Positions 37,627 through 46,988 of a stretch of 64,000 bases of DNA are shown here, in pieces (within the stretch, counting starts at the first letter, position 1; each line of letters starts with the position of its first letter). Source of the DNA: an uncultured Gammaproteobacteria bacterium (lineage in GTDB: Bacteria; Patescibacteriota; Microgenomatia; JALYQM01). Position numbers and translations under genes: made by a program. The stretch covers positions 139,108 through 203,107 of the forward strand of contig CAZHTP010000004.1 of NCBI GenBank assembly GCA_964535655.1. Reading direction: 5' to 3'. Under the pieces are notes generated by a model. It was not told the DNA's origin, ran no database searches, and saw nothing but the letters and a program-made list of their open reading frames with translations.

Positions 37627-39189
37627 ATGTTTTACAGTGAATATTTGCGTGAATCGTTGGCTGGTTCGGCCTTTGCAGATGCTCTTTCGTTTGATTCTGA
37701 GGGGGAAATGTGGATGAACGGAATCTGTTTGATGGATTTAGTCCGTCGGTATGGTTCGCCCCTTGATGTTTCGGATACACGGATGTTTTCAAAACGAGGA
37801 AATTGGTGGAAAAAGTTAACTTCTCGTATCGCACAGGATGTAGGATTTTGCGGCGGTTTTGATTATTTCTATGCATCAAAAGCTAACATGTCTTTGGCAC
37901 TTACTAAAACCGCGTATAATAGTGGATGGATGGCTGAAACAAGTTCTTCCCAAGATTTGGAGCATATAAAATGGATGTATTCGCAAGGGGAGGTTGACCG
38001 GTCGTTGCGCATTATTTGTAATGGGTATAAGGTATCTGAATTTGAACAAAATACATTAGAAGAAAAAATTAAGACACAAAATATTACTCTAGCTTTGCCT
38101 CCTTCGGTTGAGAAAGAGATATTATATGCAGATAACATTCTGTTACTGCACTCTTTGGGATTTGATATCACGCCAATTTTTGATACCGACGAATTGCACT
38201 ACTTTAATCATGCACCGCTGCGTCGCGACATGAATGTTGGCTTGCGATTAAAATTTGGTAAAGTTGAGGATGATTATGATTTGTCCCACTATGTATCAAG
38301 GCATGGCATGATGTGGGAGGAATTATTGGACAATGCGGCTGTTATTGAACGAAGCGAGCACCTTGTATTGACTATGCTTCATGCGATGGTTGGGGCTGCT
38401 GAAACAATTGATGTAGATACATTTGTACAATCGTTACTTTTTGCTACTGAAAAGTATTTTCATTTAAAAAAGTTTTATCCTTCTCTTCGTTATTTAAATA
38501 TTGGAGGTGGAATTCCGCCAATTTATAGTGGATATGACTATGATACTTTTTTGCGCAAGTTCCTGAGCGGAGTTGTTGCGTTAAGTAAAAAATATTGTAT
38601 GGAAATGCCGTGCTTGGTATATGAGCTTGGTAGTTTTCTTGCCGATGATTGCGGTATGCGGATTTATAAAATATTGCAAAAAAAAGTAAACCATGTAAGC
38701 GAATCGGGGAACCCAGAGGTATGGTGTACTGTTGATGGCGGTTTGATGTCTGCTTTACCGGATATATTTATTATGAATAAGTCTTTTCAAGTCGTAGCAC
38801 TGAATAATGGAAACTCGTCTCTGTGCCAAGGGCGGCTTGGGGATTTATCCTGTGATAGTGATGGTCGTTATCCTCGCAAAGGAATGTCTCCTGACACGTT
38901 GGTGCTTCCCTTAACGGCTTTGGAAACATTTATTGGCATACTTCCTGTTGGTGCGTATCAAAAGATGCTTTCGGGGGTTGGGGGTGCACATCATTGTGGT
39001 GTGCTTGAAGCAGGTCAAGTGATTATTGAGGAAGATGCTTATGGTGTTTTGTGTGGATTTATTCCCTCGCAAACAAGTGTTGAGTACCAGCGATTACTGG
39101 GCTATTCCAAAGACGCTCATTTACCTAAGCACTCTGCCGAAATTAAGGGTCTAGTAAATTCGCTTGATAGTTCTATAATTTCTTCATGA
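37627..39189 (+). CDS. PLP-dependent Orn/DAP/Arg decarboxylase (fold III), biosynthetic arginine decarboxylase (SpeA)-like
   Basis: PLP-lysine region FYASKAN; GWMAETSSSQDLE (compare GLEAGSKPEL of SpeA); the ORF is open from 37342, and the ATG at 37627 is the preferred start. Confidence 0.6.
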   Translation: MFYSEYLRESLAGSAFADALSFDSEGEMWMNGICLMDLVRRYGSPLDVSDTRMFSKRGNWWKKLTSRIAQDVGFCGGFDYFYASKANMSLALTKTAYNSGWMAETSSSQDLEHIKWMYSQGEVDRSLRIICNGYKVSEFEQNTLEEKIKTQNITLALPPSVEKEILYADNILLLHSLGFDITPIFDTDELHYFNHAPLRRDMNVGLRLKFGKVEDDYDLSHYVSRHGMMWEELLDNAAVIERSEHLVLTMLHAMVGAAETIDVDTFVQSLLFATEKYFHLKKFYPSLRYLNIGGGIPPIYSGYDYDTFLRKFLSGVVALSKKYCMEMPCLVYELGSFLADDCGMRIYKILQKKVNHVSESGNPEVWCTVDGGLMSALPDIFIMNKSFQVVALNNGNSSLCQGRLGDLSCDSDGRYPRKGMSPDTLVLPLTALETFIGILPVGAYQKMLSGVGGAHHCGVLEAGQVIIEEDAYGVLCGFIPSQTSVEYQRLLGYSKDAHLPKHSAEIKGLVNSLDSSIISS

Positions 39190-39596
39190 ACCCTTCCTTG
39201 TTTGAACCAAGAAAAGTTGTTTTTGCTGCTATGAGTAAAAAAAGCTTTTACTTGCGCGAACATATTATTAAATATGTGTTAGAGCAGGGTTTTACGCCAA
39301 TGTGTGCGTTTATGATGTTTTCCTACTTTTTGCTGGACACTGTTGATCGGTTTTCTTTGATCCAATCCAATAATGAGCTGATCCGAAGAAGCGATGAATT
39401 GTGGGTGTTTGGACCGATTTCTGATGGTGTAGCGGCAGAAATTGCTTTTGCCAAGGAGTTAAAGCAGCCGATTAAGTTCTTTACCCCTAACCGAGATAAC
39501 ACCTTATTTACGGAAATATCTCAGGAAAAAGTAGAGTACGAACCTTTTTCTGAGCCTGTTTCGTTGTCAGTATCGACAAAAATGGGCGTAGTGTAA
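39186..39596 (+). CDS. nucleoside 2-deoxyribosyltransferase-like protein (tentative)
   Basis: C-terminal GVAAEIAFAKELKQPIKFF resembles the E.G.A...gKPV motif of the family; weak. Confidence 0.3.
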   Translation: MNPSLFEPRKVVFAAMSKKSFYLREHIIKYVLEQGFTPMCAFMMFSYFLLDTVDRFSLIQSNNELIRRSDELWVFGPISDGVAAEIAFAKELKQPIKFFTPNRDNTLFTEISQEKVEYEPFSEPVSLSVSTKMGVV

Positions 39597-39616
39597 TATA
39601 ATCTATGACAGTGTTT

Positions 39617-39690
39617 GGGCGATTAGCTCAGGTGGTTAGAGCGCGGTCCTGATAAGACCGAGGTCGATGGTTCGAGTCCATCATTGCCCA
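39617..39690 (+). tRNA. tRNA-Ile (anticodon GAU)
   Basis: 74-nt cloverleaf: acceptor gggcgat/attgccc, anticodon stem cggtc/gaccg with loop ctGATaa, T-loop ttcgagt. No CCA. Confidence 0.85.
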
Positions 39691-39901
39691 CAACGATTTG
39701 AGACCGTTTCAAAACGGTCACCTAGGTATCAAATAAAAGGCGAAAAATTTCTCACTAGAGTAGAACTTTCTTGCAATGATGTTTTTCCATTTAAATATTT
39801 AAATTTACCCTTACAGTCAGTAAGTGGTCGTGCTTTTCTCCTAAGGAAATACCCATTTAACCAGAGGTCATCGTGCTCAAATGATTTAAATCCTCGTAGT
39901 A

Positions 39902-41086
39902 TTGTATACTTTTGCTATGAAAAATAAAATTTGGGGGCACAAATTCATTTTTATTTTACTATTGATTATCTTTGTATCTGCTGTTTTTGTTCGACTGTTT
40001 CACTTTTCTTCAACATGGTTTTTTGGCTATGAGCAAGGTCGAGATGCGCTGGTGGCTCAGAGTATTTTACTTGGACGGGACCTTAAACTAGTAGGACCCA
40101 AGACGGATATAGATAATATTTATCACGGGGGAGGATTTTACTACGTATTGGCGCTTATGTATGCTTTGGCTGTGGGGAATCCATTGTATGTCGGTGTGCT
40201 TGCAATTATTCTTCAATCGAGTGTTGTATTTATAATTTATTACGCGGCATTTATTTTGACTGGTAGTAAAAAGCTTTCATTTATTGCACCACTGCTTTAC
40301 GCCTTTTCAACAGGGGCATTATTGTCGGCGCGGTGGTTATCTAATGCAACACTTGACTTACCCTTGATTGCTTTATTTTTCCTTATTGTAATTATATTAG
40401 TACAAACGAAAGACTCTCGTTATTGGGTACCGGTGGGAATACTAACTGGGCTACTCTATCATTTTCAGATTCTGCATTTGCTGTATGCCGGGTGGCTATT
40501 AATTTTGTTGCTTATCGCATTTAGAGTTCCTTTTCGTTCGCGCTATTTTGTCTTTGCTATTGTGTGTGGAATGACTATTGTTTCCACTTTTCTTATTTTT
40601 GAAAGTAAATTCCATTTTGTACAAACACAGGCTATACTTGGGCATATTCATGAAATGAAGGCACAGACTAATATTTTTTCTCGCATCGGTATTTTTGCGC
40701 ATGAGTGGCTGTATGAGGTGCAATATACGTTGTTACCTCAATTTGGAGTGGTAATGTTTGTACTAATCGTGGGGTTGTTGGGTGTGGTAATAGTAAAGGC
40801 ACGCAAGATAGATAGCAATTTATGGTTACTGTTGCTCTTTTCTTTGTGGGCTTTCCCAGCTTTCTTTTTGTATTCCAAAGACGGGCTGCATCAAATTTAT
40901 ATTGGAACATCAATTGGAGTTATTTTGTTGTGTACGTATTTGATTGCGCAATTAGAAAAGAGTTTGCGAGTGGGGGTATGGATAATCCCTATACTCCTTA
41001 TTAGTTGTAACGTAGCTTATTTGTATCGGTTTTTTAGCGAGAATAGTACTGTTTATTATAATTCTTTTGAGCCACATTTAGAATAG
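39902..41086 (+). CDS. polytopic membrane protein, GT-C-type glycosyltransferase-like (ArnT/PMT-like)
   Basis: About 11 TM helices; N-terminal architecture shared with the partial ORF at 1..368. Confidence 0.45.
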   Translation: MYTFAMKNKIWGHKFIFILLLIIFVSAVFVRLFHFSSTWFFGYEQGRDALVAQSILLGRDLKLVGPKTDIDNIYHGGGFYYVLALMYALAVGNPLYVGVLAIILQSSVVFIIYYAAFILTGSKKLSFIAPLLYAFSTGALLSARWLSNATLDLPLIALFFLIVIILVQTKDSRYWVPVGILTGLLYHFQILHLLYAGWLLILLLIAFRVPFRSRYFVFAIVCGMTIVSTFLIFESKFHFVQTQAILGHIHEMKAQTNIFSRIGIFAHEWLYEVQYTLLPQFGVVMFVLIVGLLGVVIVKARKIDSNLWLLLLFSLWAFPAFFLYSKDGLHQIYIGTSIGVILLCTYLIAQLEKSLRVGVWIIPILLISCNVAYLYRFFSENSTVYYNSFEPHLE

Positions 41087-41130
41087 GCCAGTATATATTG
41101 GAAGAGCGAAAGAAAATAGCAAATTAAAAC

Positions 41131-41865
41131 TTGTTGGGTGTTGCCGGCTTTGTGTACCATATGTCTATGGAGCAACAATCTGAAGGTAGCCGGTTATTTA
41201 AGTCTCGAATTGAATCTACAAATAGTAAGGTACAGGTGGATATAGACTCTGCTGTGTCGGATCGGGCTAAAGAGCTGGGAATAACTGAAGAGTCAATTGA
41301 ACAATCTACTCAGTTTGCGATCAAAACAGTATGTGAATTATTTGGGGTGCTTGAAGAGGATTTACAATTTAAAGGCGTTGAAGTAATTGACTTTAATGCT
41401 CCTAAAAGTAGACTTGAAAAGTTGAAGCATACAATAGGAATCAAAAATAAGTATGTTGATCATAAAGGAATGGCTTATCACATGCGTACTCAGAAGATTG
41501 GGATAAACCTTCCCGAGATAGATCCAAAAAACGATCCTAATGGGGATGAAGGACAAGACTTAGAAAGTTATATTCGGCGCGGGCTTACCCACGAGTTTGG
41601 CCATATTGCATCTAAAGTTTTTGTTCGGGGCGGTAATAAAATTGATACTATTCAAGTTGAAGAGCTTTCGGCGAGGGTTTATCTTAAAGAATTGCCAGCG
41701 CTTGCAGCTGAGCATTTGGTTGCAAACACTTTTTTAAAGACCGGGGAAAAAACTATTGAGAAAATTCTAGAAGACCCGGTTAATCGTATAACCTATTGCA
41801 AGGGCGGGAATACCGCACCATTGATGCCGCATTTACAGATATTTATGGTAAGAGCCAAAGTATAG
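41131..41865 (+). CDS. hypothetical protein with HExxH zinc-metallopeptidase motif
   Basis: LTHEFGHIASK. Confidence 0.35.
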   Translation: MLGVAGFVYHMSMEQQSEGSRLFKSRIESTNSKVQVDIDSAVSDRAKELGITEESIEQSTQFAIKTVCELFGVLEEDLQFKGVEVIDFNAPKSRLEKLKHTIGIKNKYVDHKGMAYHMRTQKIGINLPEIDPKNDPNGDEGQDLESYIRRGLTHEFGHIASKVFVRGGNKIDTIQVEELSARVYLKELPALAAEHLVANTFLKTGEKTIEKILEDPVNRITYCKGGNTAPLMPHLQIFMVRAKV

Positions 41866-42248
41866 TTGTAGAAGAGTTCATGCGTGAACATTTGGATGAG
41901 TCTGATTTAGATCAGGTAAAATGGTTAGTTCAAGAAGAGAAAAATTGGGACCAATCGAAAAATACCTGGAGAAGGCCTTCAAATGGTATCCGCACACTTG
42001 CTCCTAGGTTTATTGCTATTAGTTCGTTTGATCACCCAGAAGATCCTGAGTGGGTACGAATTTTAAAGCAAGAACATCCGTATTTATCTTTTAATGCTGT
42101 TAGGTGGAACAACGATAGATATGGAGTTGTTTTAGCTTCAGATGTACAGAAAATATTTGTAGGTAAAATGAATAAGGATGAACAGCAAGCGCAGGGAAAT
42201 CCTCAAGAAATTAACTCAATCGATCAGATACCAATAGCCTTAAACTAG
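41796..42248 (+). CDS. hypothetical protein
   Basis: ORF only; overlaps the preceding gene by 70 nt. Confidence 0.3.
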   Translation: MQGREYRTIDAAFTDIYGKSQSIVVEEFMREHLDESDLDQVKWLVQEEKNWDQSKNTWRRPSNGIRTLAPRFIAISSFDHPEDPEWVRILKQEHPYLSFNAVRWNNDRYGVVLASDVQKIFVGKMNKDEQQAQGNPQEINSIDQIPIALN

Positions 42249-42254
42249 TTATTA

Positions 42255-42518
42255 CTAATAACTATTCTGCATTGGAGCTTGAGTTCCTTTACCTGTTTTG
42301 CCAGATTTGGTGGCTTCGCGTGCAGTTACTGCATCGTCTGAAATATCTATTTGACCAGACATTGGAGTATCAATTTGATTTACGGGTGCTGGTGAATGTG
42401 TAAAGAGTGGGGTAGTGATTTTAGCTTCGTTGCTGCAACCCGCCAAGAATAAAAGAGACGCTCCAATAGCAGCTACGGTGATGATGTTCTTTTTCATAGA
42501 TTTCCTTTTTGTATGCAA
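42255..42518 (-). CDS. small lipoprotein
   Basis: Signal peptide + lipobox LAGC. Confidence 0.4.
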   Translation of the reverse strand: MHTKRKSMKKNIITVAAIGASLLFLAGCSNEAKITTPLFTHSPAPVNQIDTPMSGQIDISDDAVTAREATKSGKTGKGTQAPMQNSY

Positions 42519-42566
42519 CTTGTACTAATTACTGTAGTGGTATTTGCCATTGTGGTCAAGAGGATT

Positions 42567-44324
42567 TTATTTTACCGTCACGGATTTTGCGAGATTACGT
42601 GGTCGATCAGGATTGTTGCCCCGAAAGACTGCTAAGTAATAGGCGATAAGCTGAATAACGGGTGTGTTAAGAATTGGAGATGTTTCAGGAATATCTGGTG
42701 TTTGAATAAACTCATCGAAGACTTCATTATATTGTGGGCCGATGCCAATGATATGTCCGCCACGGGCTTTAATTTCCATAGCACTTCCCAGTGCATATGC
42801 TTTATCTTCATCGTTAGCAAAAACTACAATGCAGGGCGATCCTTTTTCTATTAACGCTATAACTCCGTGTTTTAATTCACCTGCTGCGAATCCTTCGGCA
42901 TGGATATAACTGGCTTCTTTAATCTTTAATGCTGATTCAAGCGCGATTGGATAGTTTTGTCCTTTACCGATGCAATAAATATGCTGGGTGTTTTTTAATT
43001 TAGAGGCAATCTGTTTAATATTTGCCAATACTGTTGGGTTGAGCATTTTATTGAGTTCTTCGGACGTTTTTTCCAGTAATTCTTTGCCTTCTTCATACTT
43101 TCCGGCAGATGCATAGGCGAGTAAAAAGAGAACGGACATCTGAGATATGAAGGCTTTGGTTGACACAACAGCTATTTCGGGACCGGCATGGGAAAGAAAA
43201 GAAATATCTACATTGCGCATTAAGGTTGATCCCATTACATTAACGATTGCTGCGGTTTTGGCATTTTTACTTTGGGCTTCTTCAATTGCCATAAGGGTAT
43301 CTGCCGTTTCGCCGCTTTGGGATACGGCAATGATTAAGCTTTTATCGGTAATAAACTTTTGGCAGATTTCAAATTCTGATCCAACTGAATGATTTAAATG
43401 GCGATTAGCGATCCGAGCAAAAGCGTATGTTCCGTACAGTGCTGCATAGCTGGCGGTTCCACAGGCGACGATATATGTGCCGTAAGCCTTTTTTATACTA
43501 TTGGCAAATTCGATAATATCTTTTTTATTCTGTGATGACGCTGCATAGACTGTTTTAGCCTGTTCCATTATTTCTTTGAGCATGAAATGATCGTATTCAC
43601 CTTTTTGTGCCTGATCGATGCTCCAGTTGATGGTTTGCACTTTGGGCTTAAATGTTTTGTTTTTTTCTATGTCAAAACAGGTGTAACCAGTTTCTGTTAA
43701 TACGACGCCTTGATTGTCTTCAAGAAAAACGACATCTTGCGTGTAGGGGAGGAAAGCTGAAATATCTGAAGAAATGTAATATTCTTGTTCGCCGATGCCT
43801 ATTAGCATTGGGGAGCCATTCCTGATTCCAATAATTTTTCGTTCAAATTTATGCAAAATTACAAACCCATTGCGTCCTTTAATTTCTTTAAATGCGTTTT
43901 TGACAGCTTCTTCAAATCCTTCGGCACTATATTCTTCTACCAGATGGGCAAAAACTTCAGTGTCGGTTTGGGATTTAAATTTATGTCCTAGTTCCTGCAG
44001 CCGATCGCGGAGTTCTTGGTAGTTTTCAATTATTCCGTTGTGTACAACCGCAATAGTGTTGGTGCAATCTACGTGCGGATGCGCGTTTTCTTCAGTAACA
44101 CCGCCGTGGGTTGCCCAACGGTTATGGCCAATTGCGATTGTTGCTTTGCCAAACTCTGGAGGATTCACTATTTTCCCAACTGCTTTGTGCGTTTTTAGTA
44201 GTGAGTTGGAAAGATAGGCAATTCCCCAGGAATCATAACCGCGATACTCCAGATGTTTTAGTCCTTCAAGTACTGTACCTGCTGCTGTATCTTTTTTCCC
44301 TACGTAGCTAAATATTCCGCACAT
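42567..44324 (-). CDS. glmS: glutamine--fructose-6-phosphate aminotransferase
   Basis: N-terminal MCGIF (Ntn Cys); two SIS domains; 585 aa. Confidence 0.95.
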   Translation of the reverse strand: MCGIFSYVGKKDTAAGTVLEGLKHLEYRGYDSWGIAYLSNSLLKTHKAVGKIVNPPEFGKATIAIGHNRWATHGGVTEENAHPHVDCTNTIAVVHNGIIENYQELRDRLQELGHKFKSQTDTEVFAHLVEEYSAEGFEEAVKNAFKEIKGRNGFVILHKFERKIIGIRNGSPMLIGIGEQEYYISSDISAFLPYTQDVVFLEDNQGVVLTETGYTCFDIEKNKTFKPKVQTINWSIDQAQKGEYDHFMLKEIMEQAKTVYAASSQNKKDIIEFANSIKKAYGTYIVACGTASYAALYGTYAFARIANRHLNHSVGSEFEICQKFITDKSLIIAVSQSGETADTLMAIEEAQSKNAKTAAIVNVMGSTLMRNVDISFLSHAGPEIAVVSTKAFISQMSVLFLLAYASAGKYEEGKELLEKTSEELNKMLNPTVLANIKQIASKLKNTQHIYCIGKGQNYPIALESALKIKEASYIHAEGFAAGELKHGVIALIEKGSPCIVVFANDEDKAYALGSAMEIKARGGHIIGIGPQYNEVFDEFIQTPDIPETSPILNTPVIQLIAYYLAVFRGNNPDRPRNLAKSVTVK

Positions 44325-44390
44325 GTGGTTAGTATAGAAGATTGAAGAGAATTTAGGAAGACATGTGAAGGGCAGTTCTTATTAAAGTTT

Positions 44391-45077
44391 TTACTGAATT
44401 GGTTTATCTTCGCTGTAGATGGTCATAATTAAATGGAAAATATCTGGTTGATCAGTAGGGAGATATAACACAAATCCGTTGCCAACTATATCGTTACTTC
44501 GATTATTGCTTGTGGCGACTGTTCCACCTTTTTTTCTTGTATCGCTGCCGTTGGAATAAATACTCCAGCCTGGAAAATTGACGAACATTGCTGTTCCAAT
44601 AGTTTCTGCTTTAAGCTGCTCGCCTTTAAAAGTGAAACTTGCTGCATATACATAGGTGGTTCTTGCTGCAAATTTACTACTTCGTTTCATATCATAGTAT
44701 TGGTATGTTTGAACTTCATTAAGTGTAATATCTTGAGATGCTGATTTACCCAAGGGGAGGCGGGCAAGTATGGGCCAATCTTTGGGATAGGCAATAGTGG
44801 CATTGGGAACAGCTATATCTTTAAGCATTTCGACGTTTATTGCATTACGATACTCTGGGGAACTGACTAGTTCAGTTAATGAGTTAGGGTTGGAAATCTG
44901 TGGAGTAGTTTTTTGCGTAGTAACTTGGTGAATACGAGAATACCGTGGAATGGCTGTTGCTAAAGGATCATTCGTAGTTTTATTTCCAGAGCGAGAACTA
45001 TTCATGATGAAAAGGATAAGAATTACTGGTATGACTAAGCAAACTGCGATTATGCGAGGAGTATTGGGTTGATTCAT
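44391..45077 (-). CDS. hypothetical membrane-anchored secreted protein
   Basis: N-terminal TM; no motif. Confidence 0.4.
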   Translation of the reverse strand: MNQPNTPRIIAVCLVIPVILILFIMNSSRSGNKTTNDPLATAIPRYSRIHQVTTQKTTPQISNPNSLTELVSSPEYRNAINVEMLKDIAVPNATIAYPKDWPILARLPLGKSASQDITLNEVQTYQYYDMKRSSKFAARTTYVYAASFTFKGEQLKAETIGTAMFVNFPGWSIYSNGSDTRKKGGTVATSNNRSNDIVGNGFVLYLPTDQPDIFHLIMTIYSEDKPIQ

Positions 45078-45133
45078 ACTGCTATTTAATTAATTCAGTA
45101 TGATACTTTGTATAAATAATTTCAATTACTTTG

Positions 45134-45206
45134 TGGAGCTACTAGGACTCGAACCTAGGACCAACGAGGTATAAGCTCGTCGCTCTACCAACTGAGCTAT
45201 AGCTCC
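45134..45206 (-). tRNA. tRNA with anticodon UAU (putative tRNA-Ile reading AUA)
   Basis: 73-nt cloverleaf on the minus strand: acceptor ggagcta/tagctcc, D-arm gctc-agttggta-gagc, anticodon stem acgag/ctcgt with loop ctTATac, T-loop ttcgagt. Confidence 0.65.
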
Positions 45207-45376
45207 GACTTAAGGAAATCCTGTTTCGGGATGACCGTCTGTGTTTAAATAACACATCCAGTCAATTATACTTTTGCTTGGGCTAAACGGCAAGAAGTGG
45301 GTTTTGTACTTATAATCGCTATGATTGTGATGTAAGTACTTGACTGCTATCTGGAATATTTTGATACACTTTATAT

Positions 45377-46882
45377 ATGACTAAGCCAGTAAAAGAACTA
45401 TTTGTTGTTTCACTCGTGACGCTATTGGGGTTGAGTGTTTTCGGGGTAGTGGGATCTAAGACTTTAAATGTGGCTTTTCTTCAAACATATCCTCGGGTAG
45501 AAGCCGCTTGCGATACCAGTTTTTTTACTGTAAATGCGCCCAAAGGATGCATTACGGCTAATGCGGTAATGTACAGTGATGACTCGAGGTTTGTATTCTT
45601 TAACCCTGCTCCCCCATACGTTAATTTGCCGTATATACAATTAGGAAATGTCGGCGTAAAAGATGCGCCAAACTTTGATTGGGGACTTGCTTTACAGAAG
45701 TCGGCAACGGTATATATCTTTACACGGCATATTCCAGGGATTGGAGTTCCTTCATGGATTTCTCAAACGTATACGCGTAAGACAACAGATGATCTCTCTA
45801 CTATTAATCAATATTTATTACGAAAAAATGATCAAGGCTTGATAGGTTTATACGATATTTGGTCAAAGAATTATGTGGCAGGAACTAATGTTCAGTTCCA
45901 TGCGGCAGGAGATGCACAGAATCCAGCGTATTCGATGTACCTTGTGGCTTTGGCTGGGATTGGTTCTTCTGTGAGCTCAACTCCTTCTCCAACTTCGACA
46001 CCATTGCCTCCTTCAACGCCGATAGCCGGGGGTAGTTGTTCTGGCGCGTCTGTTTCGCCTGGACAATCTTTGAGCGCAGCAATTAGTAGCTTAGGCTCAG
46101 GGCAAACTCTGTGTGTCCATGGGGGAGTTTATGGAAAACTCAGTGTTACGATTCCCTCGGGGGCAACGGTTAAAGCGTATCCTGGAGAAAAGCCTTGGGT
46201 AGAAGGTATCTCTTCTATTACTGGATCTAGTGGATCGATATTGGATGGAATTAACTTTAGATGGGGAAGCGATTCTAATGGTCCACATATGGTAAGTATG
46301 AAAGGGAGCGGATGGACATATATTAATGGCGAAGTAGGTCCATCCCATGGATATGCAAATATGTTGATATCTGGTGGTGCGTCTAATTGGCGAATAGCAA
46401 ACTGTTATATGCATGATAATACTGATGGTGGGCACACCGCAGTTCAGGATCATTTAATTTATGCGAGCGAAACAAGTAATGGCATTATTGAACGATGTAT
46501 ATTTGCCAATAGCCCGCGTGGTCGGGGCGTAAAAATGGGACCGCCAAGTGGTTCGGGTGGACCTAAAAATATTACTGTTCGTTATAATACGTTCTTTAAT
46601 AACCTCGGTCCATCCAATATGCAAGTGTCTGGGGATACGTCTGGTGTTAAAATGTACCGAAATATCCTGGTTAAATCTGGTGCTTCGACTAACATTACTG
46701 ATGCAACAAATGGAGGATCGAGTAATAGTGCGTATGAGAATGTAGGTGATGGTTCAGGAGGGGTTGCTGCTTCTTCTTTGAACAATGGTGGAGGGCCAAA
46801 TATTAAACTGGATCCACAACTTGGATCAGATTTCCGTCCAGGTAATCCAGCTGCAGCTGCGTACGGAAGATATGCTCCGTAA
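45377..46882 (+). CDS. secreted protein: shared N-terminal module + Pro/Ser/Thr linker + right-handed parallel beta-helix (pectate-lyase-like) domain
   Basis: Signal anchor; N-module paralogous to 31306 and 60101; C-terminal Gly/Asn-rich repeats (NxxDGGH, GxxNG). Confidence 0.5.
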   Translation: MTKPVKELFVVSLVTLLGLSVFGVVGSKTLNVAFLQTYPRVEAACDTSFFTVNAPKGCITANAVMYSDDSRFVFFNPAPPYVNLPYIQLGNVGVKDAPNFDWGLALQKSATVYIFTRHIPGIGVPSWISQTYTRKTTDDLSTINQYLLRKNDQGLIGLYDIWSKNYVAGTNVQFHAAGDAQNPAYSMYLVALAGIGSSVSSTPSPTSTPLPPSTPIAGGSCSGASVSPGQSLSAAISSLGSGQTLCVHGGVYGKLSVTIPSGATVKAYPGEKPWVEGISSITGSSGSILDGINFRWGSDSNGPHMVSMKGSGWTYINGEVGPSHGYANMLISGGASNWRIANCYMHDNTDGGHTAVQDHLIYASETSNGIIERCIFANSPRGRGVKMGPPSGSGGPKNITVRYNTFFNNLGPSNMQVSGDTSGVKMYRNILVKSGASTNITDATNGGSSNSAYENVGDGSGGVAASSLNNGGGPNIKLDPQLGSDFRPGNPAAAAYGRYAP

Positions 46883-46893
46883 TGTGTTCAGTA

Positions 46894-46924
46894 GACTGCA
46901 GTCCCGCGTTGCGGGACTGCAGTC
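46894..46924. terminator. perfect 14-bp inverted repeat (GC-rich hairpin) between convergent genes; probable bidirectional terminator or site
   Basis: gactgcagtcccgc-gtt-gcgggactgcagtc, followed by a second short IR (tcgaac...gttcga) and a weak T-tract. Confidence 0.45.
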
Positions 46925-46988
46925 GGTCGAACTTTTATAGGTTCGATCTCCTTTGCCCTAAAGGACAGCTTCGGATTATTGATAAGAC

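Noticed and set aside
44325-44390. Possible glmS ribozyme upstream of glmS (minus strand)
   Set aside because: Only ~65 nt separate the glmS start from the next gene, far too short for the ~170-nt ribozyme, and no core motifs were seen.
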